Shown: positions 27,114 through 37,831, numbered from the stretch's first letter. The stretch: DNA of 64,000 nt from Pseudomonadota bacterium (GCA_021813805.1 JAKAJL010000009.1:27594-91593); one strand, 5' to 3'. Numbers and translations are program-made. The notes: generated from the letters alone by a model not told the origin.

Positions 27114-27437
27114 TCAGAAGGGGATCTCGTCCAGCGCCTTGAGACAGGCGGCGTTCTTGCCTTTCGCCTGGAACTGCCTGGCGCGCTCGAGCGCTTCCTG
27201 GGCCCTGGCCATGGCGTCCTTGTCGGCGGCGAGCACGGTCGCCGCCGTCGGCTGACGGTGCATGGTGGCGAAAGCCCCCTCCTTCATGTCCTCCACCGGC
27301 TGGCCGCCGGCCTGCGCCTTGTCGACCAGAGCCTGAAGGCGCGCGATTTCGCTTTGGCAGGTCCGGTCCTGCGCCAGAGCGGCGTCCGGCGCGCACAAAA
27401 GGGTCAAGCCGGAAAAAGCGAACAGGACACGCGACAT
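27114..27437 (-). CDS. Small secreted hypothetical protein with two Cys
   Basis: Signal peptide MSRVLFAF...AALA; C...HRQPT...C pattern; AAGGGG RBS. Confidence 0.65.
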   Translation of the reverse strand: MSRVLFAFSGLTLLCAPDAALAQDRTCQSEIARLQALVDKAQAGGQPVEDMKEGAFATMHRQPTAATVLAADKDAMARAQEALERARQFQAKGKNAACLKALDEIPF

Positions 27438-27493
27438 TTTTATCCCCTTTGCGACTGTTCCTTTGCAGGTCTCCGCGCTGCGCGCGGCACCGT

Positions 27494-28396
27494 TCATACC
27501 GCTACAATGTTTTCCCCGTAAAGGCGTTGCATTTCCGCAATGTCGTCCAGATCGGGCAGGCCGGCTTCATTGCCCAGATGCTGGACCTTGAAGGCGGAGG
27601 CCGCGCGGGCGAAATCGAAATGGTCGGCCCAGCGCGCGGTGCGGTTGCGCAGGAATGACGCGAGATAGGCGCCGTGGAACACGTCGCCGGCGCCGGATGT
27701 GTCGATGACTTTTTCGGCGGGCACGCGCAGCGCCGGCATGCGCGAGATTAGCCCGTCCTCGTCGCTCCACAACAGACCGCGCTCGCCCTCGGTAACGGCC
27801 GCGATCTTGACCCCGCGCGAGGCGAGATAGCCCAAGGTTTCGAGCGCGGTCAGCTTGAGCTGGGCGCAAAAGGCCTCCGCCACCACCGCGACGTCGATGT
27901 GATGGAGAACCTCCTCGGTATTGGCGCGGATCGCGCCGCCGTCGAGCGAGGTGAGAAGGCCCTTTTCGCGAAAGACCCTGGCGTAATAGAGGGCGGCGTC
28001 GGCCTGATGCCCGTCGAGATGCAGAGCCTGGTAGCTCTCGACATCGAGCTTCATGAACGGGCGCAGATAGGTCGAGTCCCGGGCGCGAAGAATCGCGCGC
28101 TTGTGGGCGTGGGGCAGGACGAAAGAGAGCGAGGAGCGCGCCACCTTGCGCGGATAGATCGACACGCCATATTTATGCGCCATCTCCCAGAACATTTGAC
28201 CGAGCCAGTCGTCGGACATGGTGGTGAGGAGATCGGTCTGGACGCCGAGCCTGGAGCAGACGAAGGCGGCGGTGACGGCATTGCCGCCGAAGGAGACGGC
28301 GTAATCCTTCGCCACGGCTTTTTCGTCGCCGGTGGGCATGCTGTCGGTGACCATGGTCACGTCGATATAGGAATGTCCGACGAAAAGGGCTGTCAC
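27494..28396 (-). CDS. PfkB-family carbohydrate kinase
   Basis: GGNAVTAA, TEGERG, IDTSGAGDVFHG. Confidence 0.9.
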   Translation of the reverse strand: MTALFVGHSYIDVTMVTDSMPTGDEKAVAKDYAVSFGGNAVTAAFVCSRLGVQTDLLTTMSDDWLGQMFWEMAHKYGVSIYPRKVARSSLSFVLPHAHKRAILRARDSTYLRPFMKLDVESYQALHLDGHQADAALYYARVFREKGLLTSLDGGAIRANTEEVLHHIDVAVVAEAFCAQLKLTALETLGYLASRGVKIAAVTEGERGLLWSDEDGLISRMPALRVPAEKVIDTSGAGDVFHGAYLASFLRNRTARWADHFDFARAASAFKVQHLGNEAGLPDLDDIAEMQRLYGENIVAV

Positions 28397-28516
28397 GGCA
28401 ATCTCGCGAGTCGGGTTGGCTTTCGCGCCGATTAAATTACAAAATCACCCGCCTGTCTGCCGGCGTTTTACCCAGGCGCGGCGCTCCTAAAATCTGGAAT
28501 CCATCGAAAGCCCACT

Positions 28517-29152
28517 ATGTCCAAGCCCGATCCCTCGCTCGTCGCTCTCGTCTCGCAAGCCGGCGGGCGCTCCGCCGCAACGCCGGTTTCGTCCCTGTTC
28601 ATCGGCCGCTGGTCTCCGCGCGCCATGACCGCCGAGCCTATTCCCGACGAAATCCTTTTCGCTCTGTTCGAGGCGGCGCGCTATGCGCCGTCAAGCCGTA
28701 ATTCCCAGCCCTGGCGCTTTGCCTACGCCCGGCGCGGCGAGCCGGATTTCGCGATCTTTCTGGGCTGCCTGAACGACGACAACAGGGACTGGGCGCGCAA
28801 CGCCTCGGCCCTGGTCATGATCGCCAGCAAGGCCATTTTCACCCTCGAAGGCTCGGCGGAAAAGCACATCTCCAGCTCAGCCTCGTTCGACGCCGGCGCG
28901 GCCTGGGCGAGCCTCGCCTTCCAGGCCGAACTTCTGGGCTGGAGCACGCGGGCCATGGGCGCCTTCGACCGCGATCTCGCCCGCGCCGCGAGCCATGCGC
29001 CGGACACGCTGAAAATCGAAGTCATCGTCGCCATCGGCAAGCGTGGCGACGCCTCGCTGCTGCCGCCGGAACGCCGGTCGTCGGAAAAGCCGAAGCCGCG
29101 CAAGGCCATGGACGAGATCGTCTTCGCCGGCGGCTTTCCCGCCGATTGCTGA
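28517..29152 (+). CDS. Nitroreductase-family protein
   Basis: RWSPRA, AARYAPSS.NSQPWRF, FDAGAA. Confidence 0.9.
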   Translation: MSKPDPSLVALVSQAGGRSAATPVSSLFIGRWSPRAMTAEPIPDEILFALFEAARYAPSSRNSQPWRFAYARRGEPDFAIFLGCLNDDNRDWARNASALVMIASKAIFTLEGSAEKHISSSASFDAGAAWASLAFQAELLGWSTRAMGAFDRDLARAASHAPDTLKIEVIVAIGKRGDASLLPPERRSSEKPKPRKAMDEIVFAGGFPADC

Positions 29153-29168
29153 GAGAGGCGGGCGCGTC

Positions 29169-29801
29169 TTGGCTTATAGCGTCAAAGAAATTTTCAAAAC
29201 CCTCCAGGGAGAGGGAGGGCAGGCGGGGCGCGTGGCCGTGTTCTGCCGCTTTGCCGGCTGCAATCTTTGGAGCGGCCGCGAGGAGGATCGCGCCGATGCG
29301 GCCTGCGGTTTCTGCGACACCGATTTCGTCGGGACGGACGGCGAGGGCGGCGGCAAATTCGCCGACGCGCCAGCGCTCGCCCGCGCTTTAAGCGAAATCT
29401 GGGGCAAGGGCAGGGAGGGCCGCTGCGTGGTCTTCACCGGCGGCGAACCGCTGTTGCAACTCGACGCGGCCCTGATCGAGGCGGCCAGAAGGGAAGGGTT
29501 CTTCATCGCGGTGGAAAGCAACGGCGCCCTGGCGCCGCCTGCCGGCGTCGACTGGCTCTGCGTCAGTCCCAAGGCCGGCGCGGCTTTGCGCGCGCGCAAA
29601 GGGCAGGAGCTGAAAGTCGTTTTTCCGCAGGCCGGGCTCGATCCGCGCGAATTCGAATCGCTCGACTTCGAGCGTTTTTTCATCCAGCCGATGGACGGTC
29701 CCGACCGCGCCCGCAATATCGAGGCGGCGATCGCCTTCTGCATGGCCCATCCGCGCTGGCGGCTCAGCCTCCAAACCCACAAGATGATAGGGATTCCGTA
29801 A
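29169..29801 (+). CDS. queE: 7-carboxy-7-deazaguanine synthase (radical SAM, CX14CX2C type)
   Basis: YSVKEIF.TLQGEG, RFAGCNLWSG...CGFCDTDF, TGGEP, SLQTHK; TTG start. Confidence 0.92.
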   Translation: MAYSVKEIFKTLQGEGGQAGRVAVFCRFAGCNLWSGREEDRADAACGFCDTDFVGTDGEGGGKFADAPALARALSEIWGKGREGRCVVFTGGEPLLQLDAALIEAARREGFFIAVESNGALAPPAGVDWLCVSPKAGAALRARKGQELKVVFPQAGLDPREFESLDFERFFIQPMDGPDRARNIEAAIAFCMAHPRWRLSLQTHKMIGIP

Positions 29802-29946
29802 GAGTCTGTGACATAAATGCAATGATCGCAAAAAAACGCACGCTTCCAGACTGCTATCTCTAAGGAATTGATTTGAAACAAAGCAATCGCCGCGCAAGAT
29901 GAAAACACTCTATTGTGGCTAGGGTCTCGCGCGGGGCGGGGCGCGC

Positions 29947-31428
29947 GTGCTGCGGCGTTTTTTGATTCGCTTTTCTCGATTCGCTCTTCTCGACTGGTTC
30001 GGGATATCGGAGGCGTTGACTTTGAAACATCGCAAATGGGCGCGTTTCTTAGGGCTGAGCGTCGCCAGCGCGGTTTCTTTATGCCTGGGCGCCTTCCTGT
30101 CCTATGAAGCCGCCAGGCAGCAGGAGCCAGCGACCCAGTTGCTCGCGGAACAGGCTTTGGCGGCGCCGATTCCCGCCGCCGGGACGCCTGCCGCGCCTTC
30201 GCCGGAAAAGCTCGCCGCCCAGATCCCCGACGCGGCGCCCAAATTCGAGCCCAAGCCCGCGCCTGATGTCGCGGCCGCGCCGCCGAGCGGACCGATCCTG
30301 GCGAGCCTCGACTCCGACGCGCCACCGGTTTTTTCCCCGGCGACCGCGCTGAACCTGCCGGCCGATCTGCGCAGCGACGACGCGCCAGCCTATGTCGAAG
30401 CGTCGCTCACGCCCAGCGACGACGTGACGCCGGCAGCCGCCAAGCCTGAGCCGCTCCCGGCCGAGCCTGAACAGGCGGCCACAAATGACGACCTGTTCCA
30501 TGGCAGACCCGCGCCGTTGCCGCCGGCCCGCCCGACCTTCGTGCCCGGCGGTCTGCCGCCGACGCCGCCGGTTCCGGGGCAGGGGCCCGCGCCCGTTCTT
30601 TCCGCTCCCTCAACGGCTTCAGCCGGACTCGCGTCGCCAACGCCCGGCGCGCAGCAGGCTGGACTCTCCGGCTTCGCCAACGCGTTGGCCGCCATCAGCT
30701 CATCGGTGGGCGGCGCCAGTTCGGCTTTGTCGCCGGCCGAGACGGAGCCAGCGCCCCCGGAAGTCGCGAGCGGCGGTTTCAAGATGGGCGCGCCCGTCTA
30801 TATCCGCATCTTCAAGAAGGAATCGGTGCTCGAGCTGTGGATGAAGCGTGGCGAGACTTACGCTCTGTACAAGACCTTCCCGATCTGCCGCTGGTCGGGC
30901 GGCCTGGGACCCAAGGAGCATGTCGCGGATTACCAGGCGCCGGAAGGTTTTTATGAAATTTCGGCCCGCCAGCTGAACCCGCATTCGCATTATCACCTGG
31001 CGCTCAATCTCGGTTATCCGAACGCCTATGACCGCCGCCATGGCGCCACCGGCGATTCGGTCATGATCCACGGCGATTGCAAATCGGTAGGCTGTTTCGC
31101 CATGACCGACGCCGGAATCGACCAGATCTACCCGATCGTCGCGGCGGCGTTGCGCAATGGCGAGCACGAGGCGCCGGTCCATATTTTCCCCTTCCGGATG
31201 ACGGAACAGGCGATCGCCCGCGAAAGCGCGCCGCCTTCGAACTTGCTCTCCTTCCTCGGGCAGGAAAAAGCGCGCCCGCATCGGGACTGGTCGGCGTTTT
31301 GGCGCAATCTGAAGGAAGGTTACGACCTGTTCGAGCGCTCCCACATCCCGCCGATGGCCTATGCCTGCGGCGACCGCTACGAATTCGGCGACGCGGGCCG
31401 CACCTGCACGCGCATCGCCGGTTGGTGA
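29947..31428 (+). CDS. L,D-transpeptidase (YkuD, YafK-like) family protein with Pro/Ala-rich N-terminal linker
   Basis: YIRIFKKE, ICRWSG.LGPK, QAPEGFY, MIHGDCKSVGCFAM; start may be TTG 30016/30022. Confidence 0.85.
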   Translation: MLRRFLIRFSRFALLDWFGISEALTLKHRKWARFLGLSVASAVSLCLGAFLSYEAARQQEPATQLLAEQALAAPIPAAGTPAAPSPEKLAAQIPDAAPKFEPKPAPDVAAAPPSGPILASLDSDAPPVFSPATALNLPADLRSDDAPAYVEASLTPSDDVTPAAAKPEPLPAEPEQAATNDDLFHGRPAPLPPARPTFVPGGLPPTPPVPGQGPAPVLSAPSTASAGLASPTPGAQQAGLSGFANALAAISSSVGGASSALSPAETEPAPPEVASGGFKMGAPVYIRIFKKESVLELWMKRGETYALYKTFPICRWSGGLGPKEHVADYQAPEGFYEISARQLNPHSHYHLALNLGYPNAYDRRHGATGDSVMIHGDCKSVGCFAMTDAGIDQIYPIVAAALRNGEHEAPVHIFPFRMTEQAIARESAPPSNLLSFLGQEKARPHRDWSAFWRNLKEGYDLFERSHIPPMAYACGDRYEFGDAGRTCTRIAGW

Positions 31429-31568
31429 GTCCGGTTCCGCCTGAATTCTGCAGGCGCCCGTGATACGACTTCCTGCGAGTAGCGCGGCGCGTCGTCCCCC
31501 GCTACCATCCCGGCGACCGCGAGTCGTTGCGGCTCGCGGAATGAAACTCTTGTCTTGAGGACGGCGCG

Positions 31569-31859
31569 ATGGGAATCGTCGGTATCTGGAAACTCACTTT
31601 GCACACGCCCTTCGGCGTCCAGACACCTTCGCTGCGGATCAACGCCGATGGCACGGGCGGCCTGATTTCTCCGATCGGCGAGGCGCCCCTGCACGATCTT
31701 CAGGTCAACGAAAACAACGCCGAATTCACCGCTCATGTCCCGACGCCGATGGGCAATTTCGCGATCGGCTTCAGCGTCACCGCCAATGGCGACGCGCTCT
31801 CGGGCACATTCACCTCGCCGCTCGGCGCGACCGAATTTTCCGGCCAGCGCGAAGCGTAA
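31569..31859 (+). CDS. Small all-beta hypothetical protein
   Basis: GAGG RBS; G.W.L motif and four (T/S)P(hydrophobic)G turns. Confidence 0.7.
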   Translation: MGIVGIWKLTLHTPFGVQTPSLRINADGTGGLISPIGEAPLHDLQVNENNAEFTAHVPTPMGNFAIGFSVTANGDALSGTFTSPLGATEFSGQREA

Positions 31860-31862
31860 GGG

Positions 31863-32741
31863 TCAGCCGCCCTCGACCTCATCCATGAATGCGGCGATCC
31901 GTTCGAGGGTCGGGGCGTCATTCAAGAACGGCGCGTGGCCCTGACCGGGGACGACATGAAGCTGGCATGCGGAGAGCCGAGCCGCCATTTCGGCGTGGAC
32001 TTCCGCGCTCAGCAGGTCGGAACATTCGCCGCGCAAGGCAAGAACCGGGGCCGTGACGCTGGCGAATTGCGGCCAGAAATCGATGGGCGGCGCAGAAGAA
32101 TCGAAGCTGTCGAGCGTGCGGGCGAGTTGCGGATCATAGGAAAGGCGCATCCGCTCCGGCGTCACGTTCAGCGAATTCTGCGCATAGGTCCGCCAATCGT
32201 CGTCGCTCGCGGCGGGAAAGAAATCGCCCATCGCGCTCTTGTAATGACGAATCGCTGCGTCGAGGTCGCGCAGCAGCGGCAGGCGCCCGATATAGTCCTT
32301 GATCCTGGCCAGGCCCAAGGGTTCGAGGCGTGGTCCGATATCCCCCAGAACGATCGCCTTGACCAGTTCGGGCCGCTGGTTGGCGAGCATGACGGCATGG
32401 AGGCCGCCGCGCGAGACGCCGACGAAGATCGCCGAAGCGACGGCGAGCGCCGCCAGAACCGTCTGAATATCCGCGCTTTCGGTCGGGAAATCGTAATGGG
32501 TCCAGTCGGCGTCCCAGTCCGAGCCGCCGCGCCCGCGATAATCGAGGGCGATGACCTTGCGCCCGCTCCGGGCGCGCAGAAAGCGCGCGAGAACCGCGAA
32601 ATCGCGGGCAGGGCGGGAGAGGCCCGGCAGACAGACCACGGGCGCGCCATTGCTTTGAACCGCCTCGCCTTCCAGGATCAGGGCATGGAGGTTGAGCCCG
32701 TCCCGCGCCTGGAAAAACAGGCTTTGCAACGTCCCGCTCAT
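31863..32741 (-). CDS. Alpha/beta hydrolase
   Basis: CLPGL.R, DYRGRG.S, GVSRGG nucleophile elbow, GHAP. Confidence 0.88.
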   Translation of the reverse strand: MSGTLQSLFFQARDGLNLHALILEGEAVQSNGAPVVCLPGLSRPARDFAVLARFLRARSGRKVIALDYRGRGGSDWDADWTHYDFPTESADIQTVLAALAVASAIFVGVSRGGLHAVMLANQRPELVKAIVLGDIGPRLEPLGLARIKDYIGRLPLLRDLDAAIRHYKSAMGDFFPAASDDDWRTYAQNSLNVTPERMRLSYDPQLARTLDSFDSSAPPIDFWPQFASVTAPVLALRGECSDLLSAEVHAEMAARLSACQLHVVPGQGHAPFLNDAPTLERIAAFMDEVEGG

Positions 32742-32776
32742 TTTCGCTCCTTCCGGCGTTGATCCGTCTGCGCGCC

Positions 32777-33253
32777 TCAGTCGCCGCGCTTTAGCAGCCG
32801 GCTTTTCTCGCGGTTCCAATCGCGCTGCTTCTCGGTTTCGCGCTTGTCGTGCGCCTGCTTGCCGCGCGCCAGCGCGATCTCGATTTTCGCGCGGCCCCGA
32901 TCGTTGAAGTAGAGTTTTAGCGGCACGATCGTCATGCCTTCCCGCTCGACGCCGCGCGCGAGCTTGACGATTTCGCGATGTTTGAGCAGGAGCTTTCGCG
33001 GCCGTTTCGGCTCGTGGTTGAAGCGGTTCCCGGCGAAATATTCGGGAATATTGGCGTTGACCAGCCAGACTTCGCCGTTCTTGTCCACGCTGGCGTAGGC
33101 TTCGGCGATCGTCGACCGACCGGTGCGCAGGCTTTTCACCTCAGTGCCGGTCAGGGCGATCCCGGCCTCGAAACTCTCGCCGATCTCGTAATGATAGCGC
33201 GCCTTTCGGTTGTCGGCGACGATCTTGAAATTTGTTTTCGGTTTTTCCGCCAC
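32777..33253 (-). CDS. smpB: SsrA-binding protein
   Basis: [33 protein letters not shown]. Confidence 0.97.
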   Translation of the reverse strand: MAEKPKTNFKIVADNRKARYHYEIGESFEAGIALTGTEVKSLRTGRSTIAEAYASVDKNGEVWLVNANIPEYFAGNRFNHEPKRPRKLLLKHREIVKLARGVEREGMTIVPLKLYFNDRGRAKIEIALARGKQAHDKRETEKQRDWNREKSRLLKRGD

Positions 33254-33289
33254 TTGACGCCGGGTCGTCCCGCTCCGTGAGAGTGAGTT

Positions 33290-34186
33290 TTAAGAGGCGA
33301 GAACGCCCGCGTGGGTCATGGCGGCGCGGATCGCTTCGCGCGTCCTATCGGTCGAAGAGACCAAAGGCAGCCGCACGTCCTCCGAGGCCTTGCCCAGAAT
33401 CGACAGCCCGGTCTTGGCCCCGGTGACGCCGGCCTCCAGGAAGGTCGCGGCGTGCAGCGGCGTGAGCCTGTCCTGAATGGCCAGGGCCGTGGCGTAATCG
33501 CCGGCCTCCGCGGCGTTCCAAAGATCGGCGCAGGGGCGGGGGGCAATGTTGGAGACCACCGAAATGCACCCGTTCGCGCCGGCTGCGAAACAGGAAAGCG
33601 CCGTCATGTCGTCGCCGGAAAATTGCAGGAACTCCGGCCCCATGGCATGGCGCTGCAGGGAAATGCGCGCGACATTGCCGGTGGCGTCCTTGACCCCGAT
33701 GATATTGCGCAATTCGCCATAGCAGCGCCTCATCGTGTCGACCGACATGTCGATCACTGAGCGCGGCGGGATGTTGTAGATGACGATCGGAATGCCGATC
33801 GCGTCATCGATGGCCTTGAAATGCCGGAACAGGCCTTCCTGATTGGGCTTGTTGTAATAGGGCGTCACCACGAGCACCGCGTCGGCGCCGGCCTTTTCGG
33901 CATGGACGGCGAGATCGATCGCCTCGGCCGTATTGTTCGACCCGGCGCCGGCGATCACCGGAACACGGCCTCGGGCCTCGGCGACGGCGATCTCGACCAC
34001 GCGCTTGTGCTCGTGATGGGAAAGGGTAGGGCTCTCGCCGGTGGTGCCGACGGGAACGAGGCCGTGAATGCCGCTCTCGATCTGCCAGTCGATCAGGGCG
34101 CGAAAGGCGGCTTCATCGACGGCGCCCTGCCTGAAGGGCGTCACCAGCGCCGTCATCCACCCCCGAATCCGCTTTTCCGTCGCCAT
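33290..34186 (-). CDS. dapA: 4-hydroxy-tetrahydrodipicolinate synthase
   Basis: TALVTPF, GTTGES, PYYNKP, YNIP.R, GVKDA. Confidence 0.95.
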   Translation of the reverse strand: MATEKRIRGWMTALVTPFRQGAVDEAAFRALIDWQIESGIHGLVPVGTTGESPTLSHHEHKRVVEIAVAEARGRVPVIAGAGSNNTAEAIDLAVHAEKAGADAVLVVTPYYNKPNQEGLFRHFKAIDDAIGIPIVIYNIPPRSVIDMSVDTMRRCYGELRNIIGVKDATGNVARISLQRHAMGPEFLQFSGDDMTALSCFAAGANGCISVVSNIAPRPCADLWNAAEAGDYATALAIQDRLTPLHAATFLEAGVTGAKTGLSILGKASEDVRLPLVSSTDRTREAIRAAMTHAGVLAS

Positions 34187-34345
34187 CGCTATGTCCCGTC
34201 CTTCCGCCGCCGCTTTGTCGCCCAACGGGCGCCGCTTTTGGCGGGTTATTAGCCTCGGTCACTCATAGCGGCTGAAAAGGGCGACGAAAAGGGGCGCGTC
34301 AAGCCCGCCATCGCCGAAAAGGGAATTCCGCGCGGCGACGCGTGG

Positions 34346-34360
34346 TTAACCCGCCGTTAA
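34346..34360. promoter_or_regulatory. CtrA-binding box upstream of the lytic transglycosylase
   Basis: Perfect TTAA-N7-TTAA (TTAACCCGCCGTTAA). Confidence 0.65.
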
Positions 34361-34410
34361 TTTCGTCGGCGCAGGCTTGGCGCCTGACCATTGGACAGCA
34401 AGGCGTTTGA

Positions 34411-36492
34411 ATGCGGATTCTGGGGCTGGATCGGAGGAAGGTGGGCGCGGCTTTGGTCGCAGCCTGCTGTTTGACGATCCCCTACTTTCAGCGCGCGCCA
34501 CGCCGTCTCCCGATTCCTTCGCTCCCGGTCTTCTTTCCGCCGCACGCCCTTCCCTCGACGCAAGCCAGGAGCGACGCCGTCGCGCCCGTCGCGCCCGCCG
34601 CGCCGGCGCATGATCTCTCCGGCGTCGCCGACGCCCTGCGCTATTATGGCGAGGGCGAGATCCTGTCCGGCGACGCCGCGCTGACCACCAAGGACCCGCT
34701 GGTTCGCGACGCCGTGGAATGGACCGTCGTGCGGCTTCATCCCGGCGAGGCCGGGCTGCAGCGCATCGCCGCCTTCCTGCGCGCCCATCCGGACTGGCCC
34801 GCCGCCCAGTTGCGCAAGCGCGGCGAGGAACTGGCGGCGTCCGAAAGCTGCAAGCCGGAGCGCGCCGCCGCTTATTTCGCCGAATTCCCGCCGACGACTC
34901 CGGCTGGCCGCCTGGCCGCCGCCGAACTGATGCGCGGCGATCCCGCCCGCGCCGACGAGGCGGCGCGGATTGCCCGCGACCTGTGGCGCAACGCCGAGCT
35001 TGGCGCGGCGCTCGAAAAACGCCTGCTCAAGAATTTTTCCGGCGCCCTTTCCGCCGCCGACCGCATTTACCGCATCGACCGCCTGGTTCTGCGCGAGCAG
35101 TTCACGGAAGGCGCGCGCGCCGCCCAGGCCGCCGGCAAGGACGGGCAGAAGCTTTTCCGGGCCGAATCCGATCTCGCCCATGGCGCGCCCTGGGCCAAGG
35201 TTTTTCCGCGCGCGCCCGCCACCCTGCGCAACGATGTCGGACTGCTTTACATGCGCATCCATGCAGCGCGCCACGCCGATCATATCGACGAGGCGGCGAC
35301 GCTCGTGATGTCGGCGCCGCGCGACCCGGTCGCGCTGGCGAGTCCCGACGACTGGTGGGTCGAGCGCCGGCTGATCGCGCGCAAATTGCTCGACGCCGGC
35401 GACGCCCGGCGCGCCTACCGCATCTGCGCGGACTATGCGCCGGGGTCCAACGCGACCAATGTCGAAGCCGAATTCACCGCCGGCTGGATCGCGCTGCGCT
35501 TCCTCAACGATCCCGCGCTCGCCGCGCCGCATTTCGATAAACTCGCCCAGATCGCACGCGCGCCCCATTCCGTCGCCCGCGCCGCGTTTTGGCAAGGCCG
35601 GGTCGCCGAGGCGCGTGGCCAGGATCCCCGGCCTTTCTATGCCCGCGCCGCCAACGAGATCGAGACTTTCTACGGGCAGGTCGCCCGCGCCAGGCTCGGC
35701 AAGGAGCCGGTGCTGCTGCGGCCGGCGCCGACGCCGGCGGCCGGCGACGCCCGGGCCGAGGCCGTGCGCGCCGCCGAATTGCTGTTCGATCTTGGCGAGA
35801 CTGACGCCGCGCGCCGGCTCGCGCTCGAAAGCGCCGCGACCATCAGCGGCCCCGAGCAGATGGCGGCGCTGTCGCAACTGATCGAGGCCCGCACCGACGC
35901 GCATACGGCTTTGACGGCCGGCAAGGCGGCGTTCAGGCGCGGTCTGGCCATCGACAGCCTGGCTTTCCCGCTCAATGGCGTGCCAAATTATTCCAACCTC
36001 GCCAACTCCGTCAGCCGCCCGGTCGTCCTCGCCATCGCGCGCCAGGAAAGCGCCTTTGACGCCACAGCCAAATCGGGCGCCGGGGCCTTCGGCCTGATGC
36101 AGATGATCGAGCCCACGGCGCGCAAGGCCGCGCAGAGCGCGGGCGTTGCCTTTGACGAGACGCGGCTGAAGACCGACGCCGCTTTCAGCGCCCAACTCGG
36201 CGCCTTCCACCTCGGCCAGCTCCTCGCCGAATATCGCGGCTGCTATATCCTCGCTTTCGCCGCCTATAACGCCGGCGGCGCCAAGGTTGGCGAGTGGCTC
36301 AAACAATACGGCGACCCGCGCAAGGCCAATGTCGATCCGATCGACTGGATCGAACGCATTCCCTTCACCGAGACCCGCTATTACGTGCAGAAAATCATCG
36401 AAAACCTGCATGTCTATCGCGCGCGGCTCGACGACCCCGCGCCCGATCTCGTCACCGCCGATCTTCGTCAGACCGCCATCGCGCGGAATTAG
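34411..36492 (+). CDS. Soluble lytic murein transglycosylase (Slt-like)
   Basis: Helical N-terminus; ARQESAF, GAFGLMQ, AAYNAG, IPF.ETR.YV. Confidence 0.9.
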   Translation: MRILGLDRRKVGAALVAACCLTIPYFQRAPRRLPIPSLPVFFPPHALPSTQARSDAVAPVAPAAPAHDLSGVADALRYYGEGEILSGDAALTTKDPLVRDAVEWTVVRLHPGEAGLQRIAAFLRAHPDWPAAQLRKRGEELAASESCKPERAAAYFAEFPPTTPAGRLAAAELMRGDPARADEAARIARDLWRNAELGAALEKRLLKNFSGALSAADRIYRIDRLVLREQFTEGARAAQAAGKDGQKLFRAESDLAHGAPWAKVFPRAPATLRNDVGLLYMRIHAARHADHIDEAATLVMSAPRDPVALASPDDWWVERRLIARKLLDAGDARRAYRICADYAPGSNATNVEAEFTAGWIALRFLNDPALAAPHFDKLAQIARAPHSVARAAFWQGRVAEARGQDPRPFYARAANEIETFYGQVARARLGKEPVLLRPAPTPAAGDARAEAVRAAELLFDLGETDAARRLALESAATISGPEQMAALSQLIEARTDAHTALTAGKAAFRRGLAIDSLAFPLNGVPNYSNLANSVSRPVVLAIARQESAFDATAKSGAGAFGLMQMIEPTARKAAQSAGVAFDETRLKTDAAFSAQLGAFHLGQLLAEYRGCYILAFAAYNAGGAKVGEWLKQYGDPRKANVDPIDWIERIPFTETRYYVQKIIENLHVYRARLDDPAPDLVTADLRQTAIARN

Positions 36493-36495
36493 CAA

Positions 36496-37164
36496 TTATT
36501 TTCCAAGATCGGCGGCGATCCGCGCGAAGATCGCGTCGAACATCTGCGGCGTGAGTACGCCGGTGTTGGTGTTGTAGCGCGAGCAATGGTAGGAATCGTA
36601 AAGCGCGAGACCGCGGCTTTCCCGGCGATGGCTTTCGATGAAATGCCTGGCTCCATGCGCGAAGGGGAAGGTTTTGGCCTTTACGCCGAGCAGGCGGATC
36701 GTGCTGTCATGCGCGATACGGCCGAGGCAGAGCAGGGCGCGCAGATTCGGCATGGCGGCGATTTCCTCGGCGAGAAAGGCCCGGCAGGCCCCGATCTCGG
36801 CGGTCGTCGGCTTGTTCTGCGGCGGAACGCAGCGCACCGCATTGGAAATGCGGCACTGGCGCAGGCGCAAGCCGTCGTCGGCGCGCTCGCCATAGTTTCC
36901 CTGTGCAAAACCGAAGCGCAACAAGGCGGGGTAGAGCATGTCGCCGGCCCAGTCGCCGGTGAAGGGGCGCCCGGTGCGGTTGGCCCCATGCAGACCGGGC
37001 GCGAGACCGACGATCAGCAATTCGGCGTCGAGCGCGCCGAAGGCGGGGACGGGCGCGTTGAACCCTTGGGGAAGGGCGCGGCGGTTTTCGTGGCGGAACT
37101 TTTCTAGACGCGGGCAAAGGGCGCACTCCCGCCCCGGTTCGGAAAAGGAAAGAGGCGCCGCCAT
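36496..37164 (-). CDS. Uracil-DNA glycosylase (family 5, Fe-S type)
   Basis: C..CPRL, GLAPGLHGANRTGRPFTGD, RCVPP.NKP, YHCSRYNTNTG. Confidence 0.92.
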   Translation of the reverse strand: MAAPLSFSEPGRECALCPRLEKFRHENRRALPQGFNAPVPAFGALDAELLIVGLAPGLHGANRTGRPFTGDWAGDMLYPALLRFGFAQGNYGERADDGLRLRQCRISNAVRCVPPQNKPTTAEIGACRAFLAEEIAAMPNLRALLCLGRIAHDSTIRLLGVKAKTFPFAHGARHFIESHRRESRGLALYDSYHCSRYNTNTGVLTPQMFDAIFARIAADLGK

Positions 37165-37213
37165 GATCAATGGCGCGCCTCCCTGCATTTCTGGATTCGC
37201 GATGAGAAGCGAA

Positions 37214-37831
37214 TCACTCCTCATCCGCCGTGTGATGGTCCTGCGGGGCGGGGGCGGGGGCGACGGGACGGCGTTCCTGGAAACGCTGCATGCGCTCCGT
37301 GCGCTCGGCCGGATCGCGGCCGATCTTGTTGGCCAGATGCACGAGGTCGACAAATTCATCGGCCTGGCGGCGCAACTCGTCTGCGACCATCGGCGGCTGG
37401 GTGGTGATGGTCGAGAGGACCGAAACCCGCACGCCCTTGCGCTGGACGGCCTCGACCAGCGACCGGAAATCTCCGTCGCCCGAGAACAGCACCATGTGGT
37501 CGATGTGGTCGGCCATTTCCATGGCGTCCACGGCCAATTCGATGTCCATGTTGCCCTTGACCTTGCGCCGGCCCAGAGCATCGACGAATTCCTTGGCCGG
37601 CTTGGTGACGACGGCGTAGCCGTTATAATCGAGCCAGTCGATCAGGGGACGGATGGAGGAATATTCCTGATCCTCGACCAGGGCGGTATAGTAAAAGGCG
37701 CGAAGCAGCCGCCCCTTGGATTGAAACTCCTTCAGGAGCCGTTTGTAGTCGATGTCGAAGCCAAGCGATTTCGCGGTTGCGTAAAGGTTTGCTCCGTCAA
37801 TGAATAATGCGATTCTTTCCGGATCGGCCAT
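37214..37831 (-). CDS. NYN/LabA (DUF88) domain protein
   Basis: FIDGANL, KGNMDIELAVD, LFSGDGDF, LRRQADEF. Confidence 0.93.
   Translation of the reverse strand: MADPERIALFIDGANLYATAKSLGFDIDYKRLLKEFQSKGRLLRAFYYTALVEDQEYSSIRPLIDWLDYNGYAVVTKPAKEFVDALGRRKVKGNMDIELAVDAMEMADHIDHMVLFSGDGDFRSLVEAVQRKGVRVSVLSTITTQPPMVADELRRQADEFVDLVHLANKIGRDPAERTERMQRFQERRPVAPAPAPQDHHTADEE

Noticed and set aside
34357..36495. Long antisense or alternative-frame ORFs (34357-36495, 58921-61269, 44182-46101, 24245-25945, 15778-17310, 38065-39798 and others)
   Set aside because: Shadow ORFs of GC-rich genes, Arg/Gly/Ala-rich with no family motifs.
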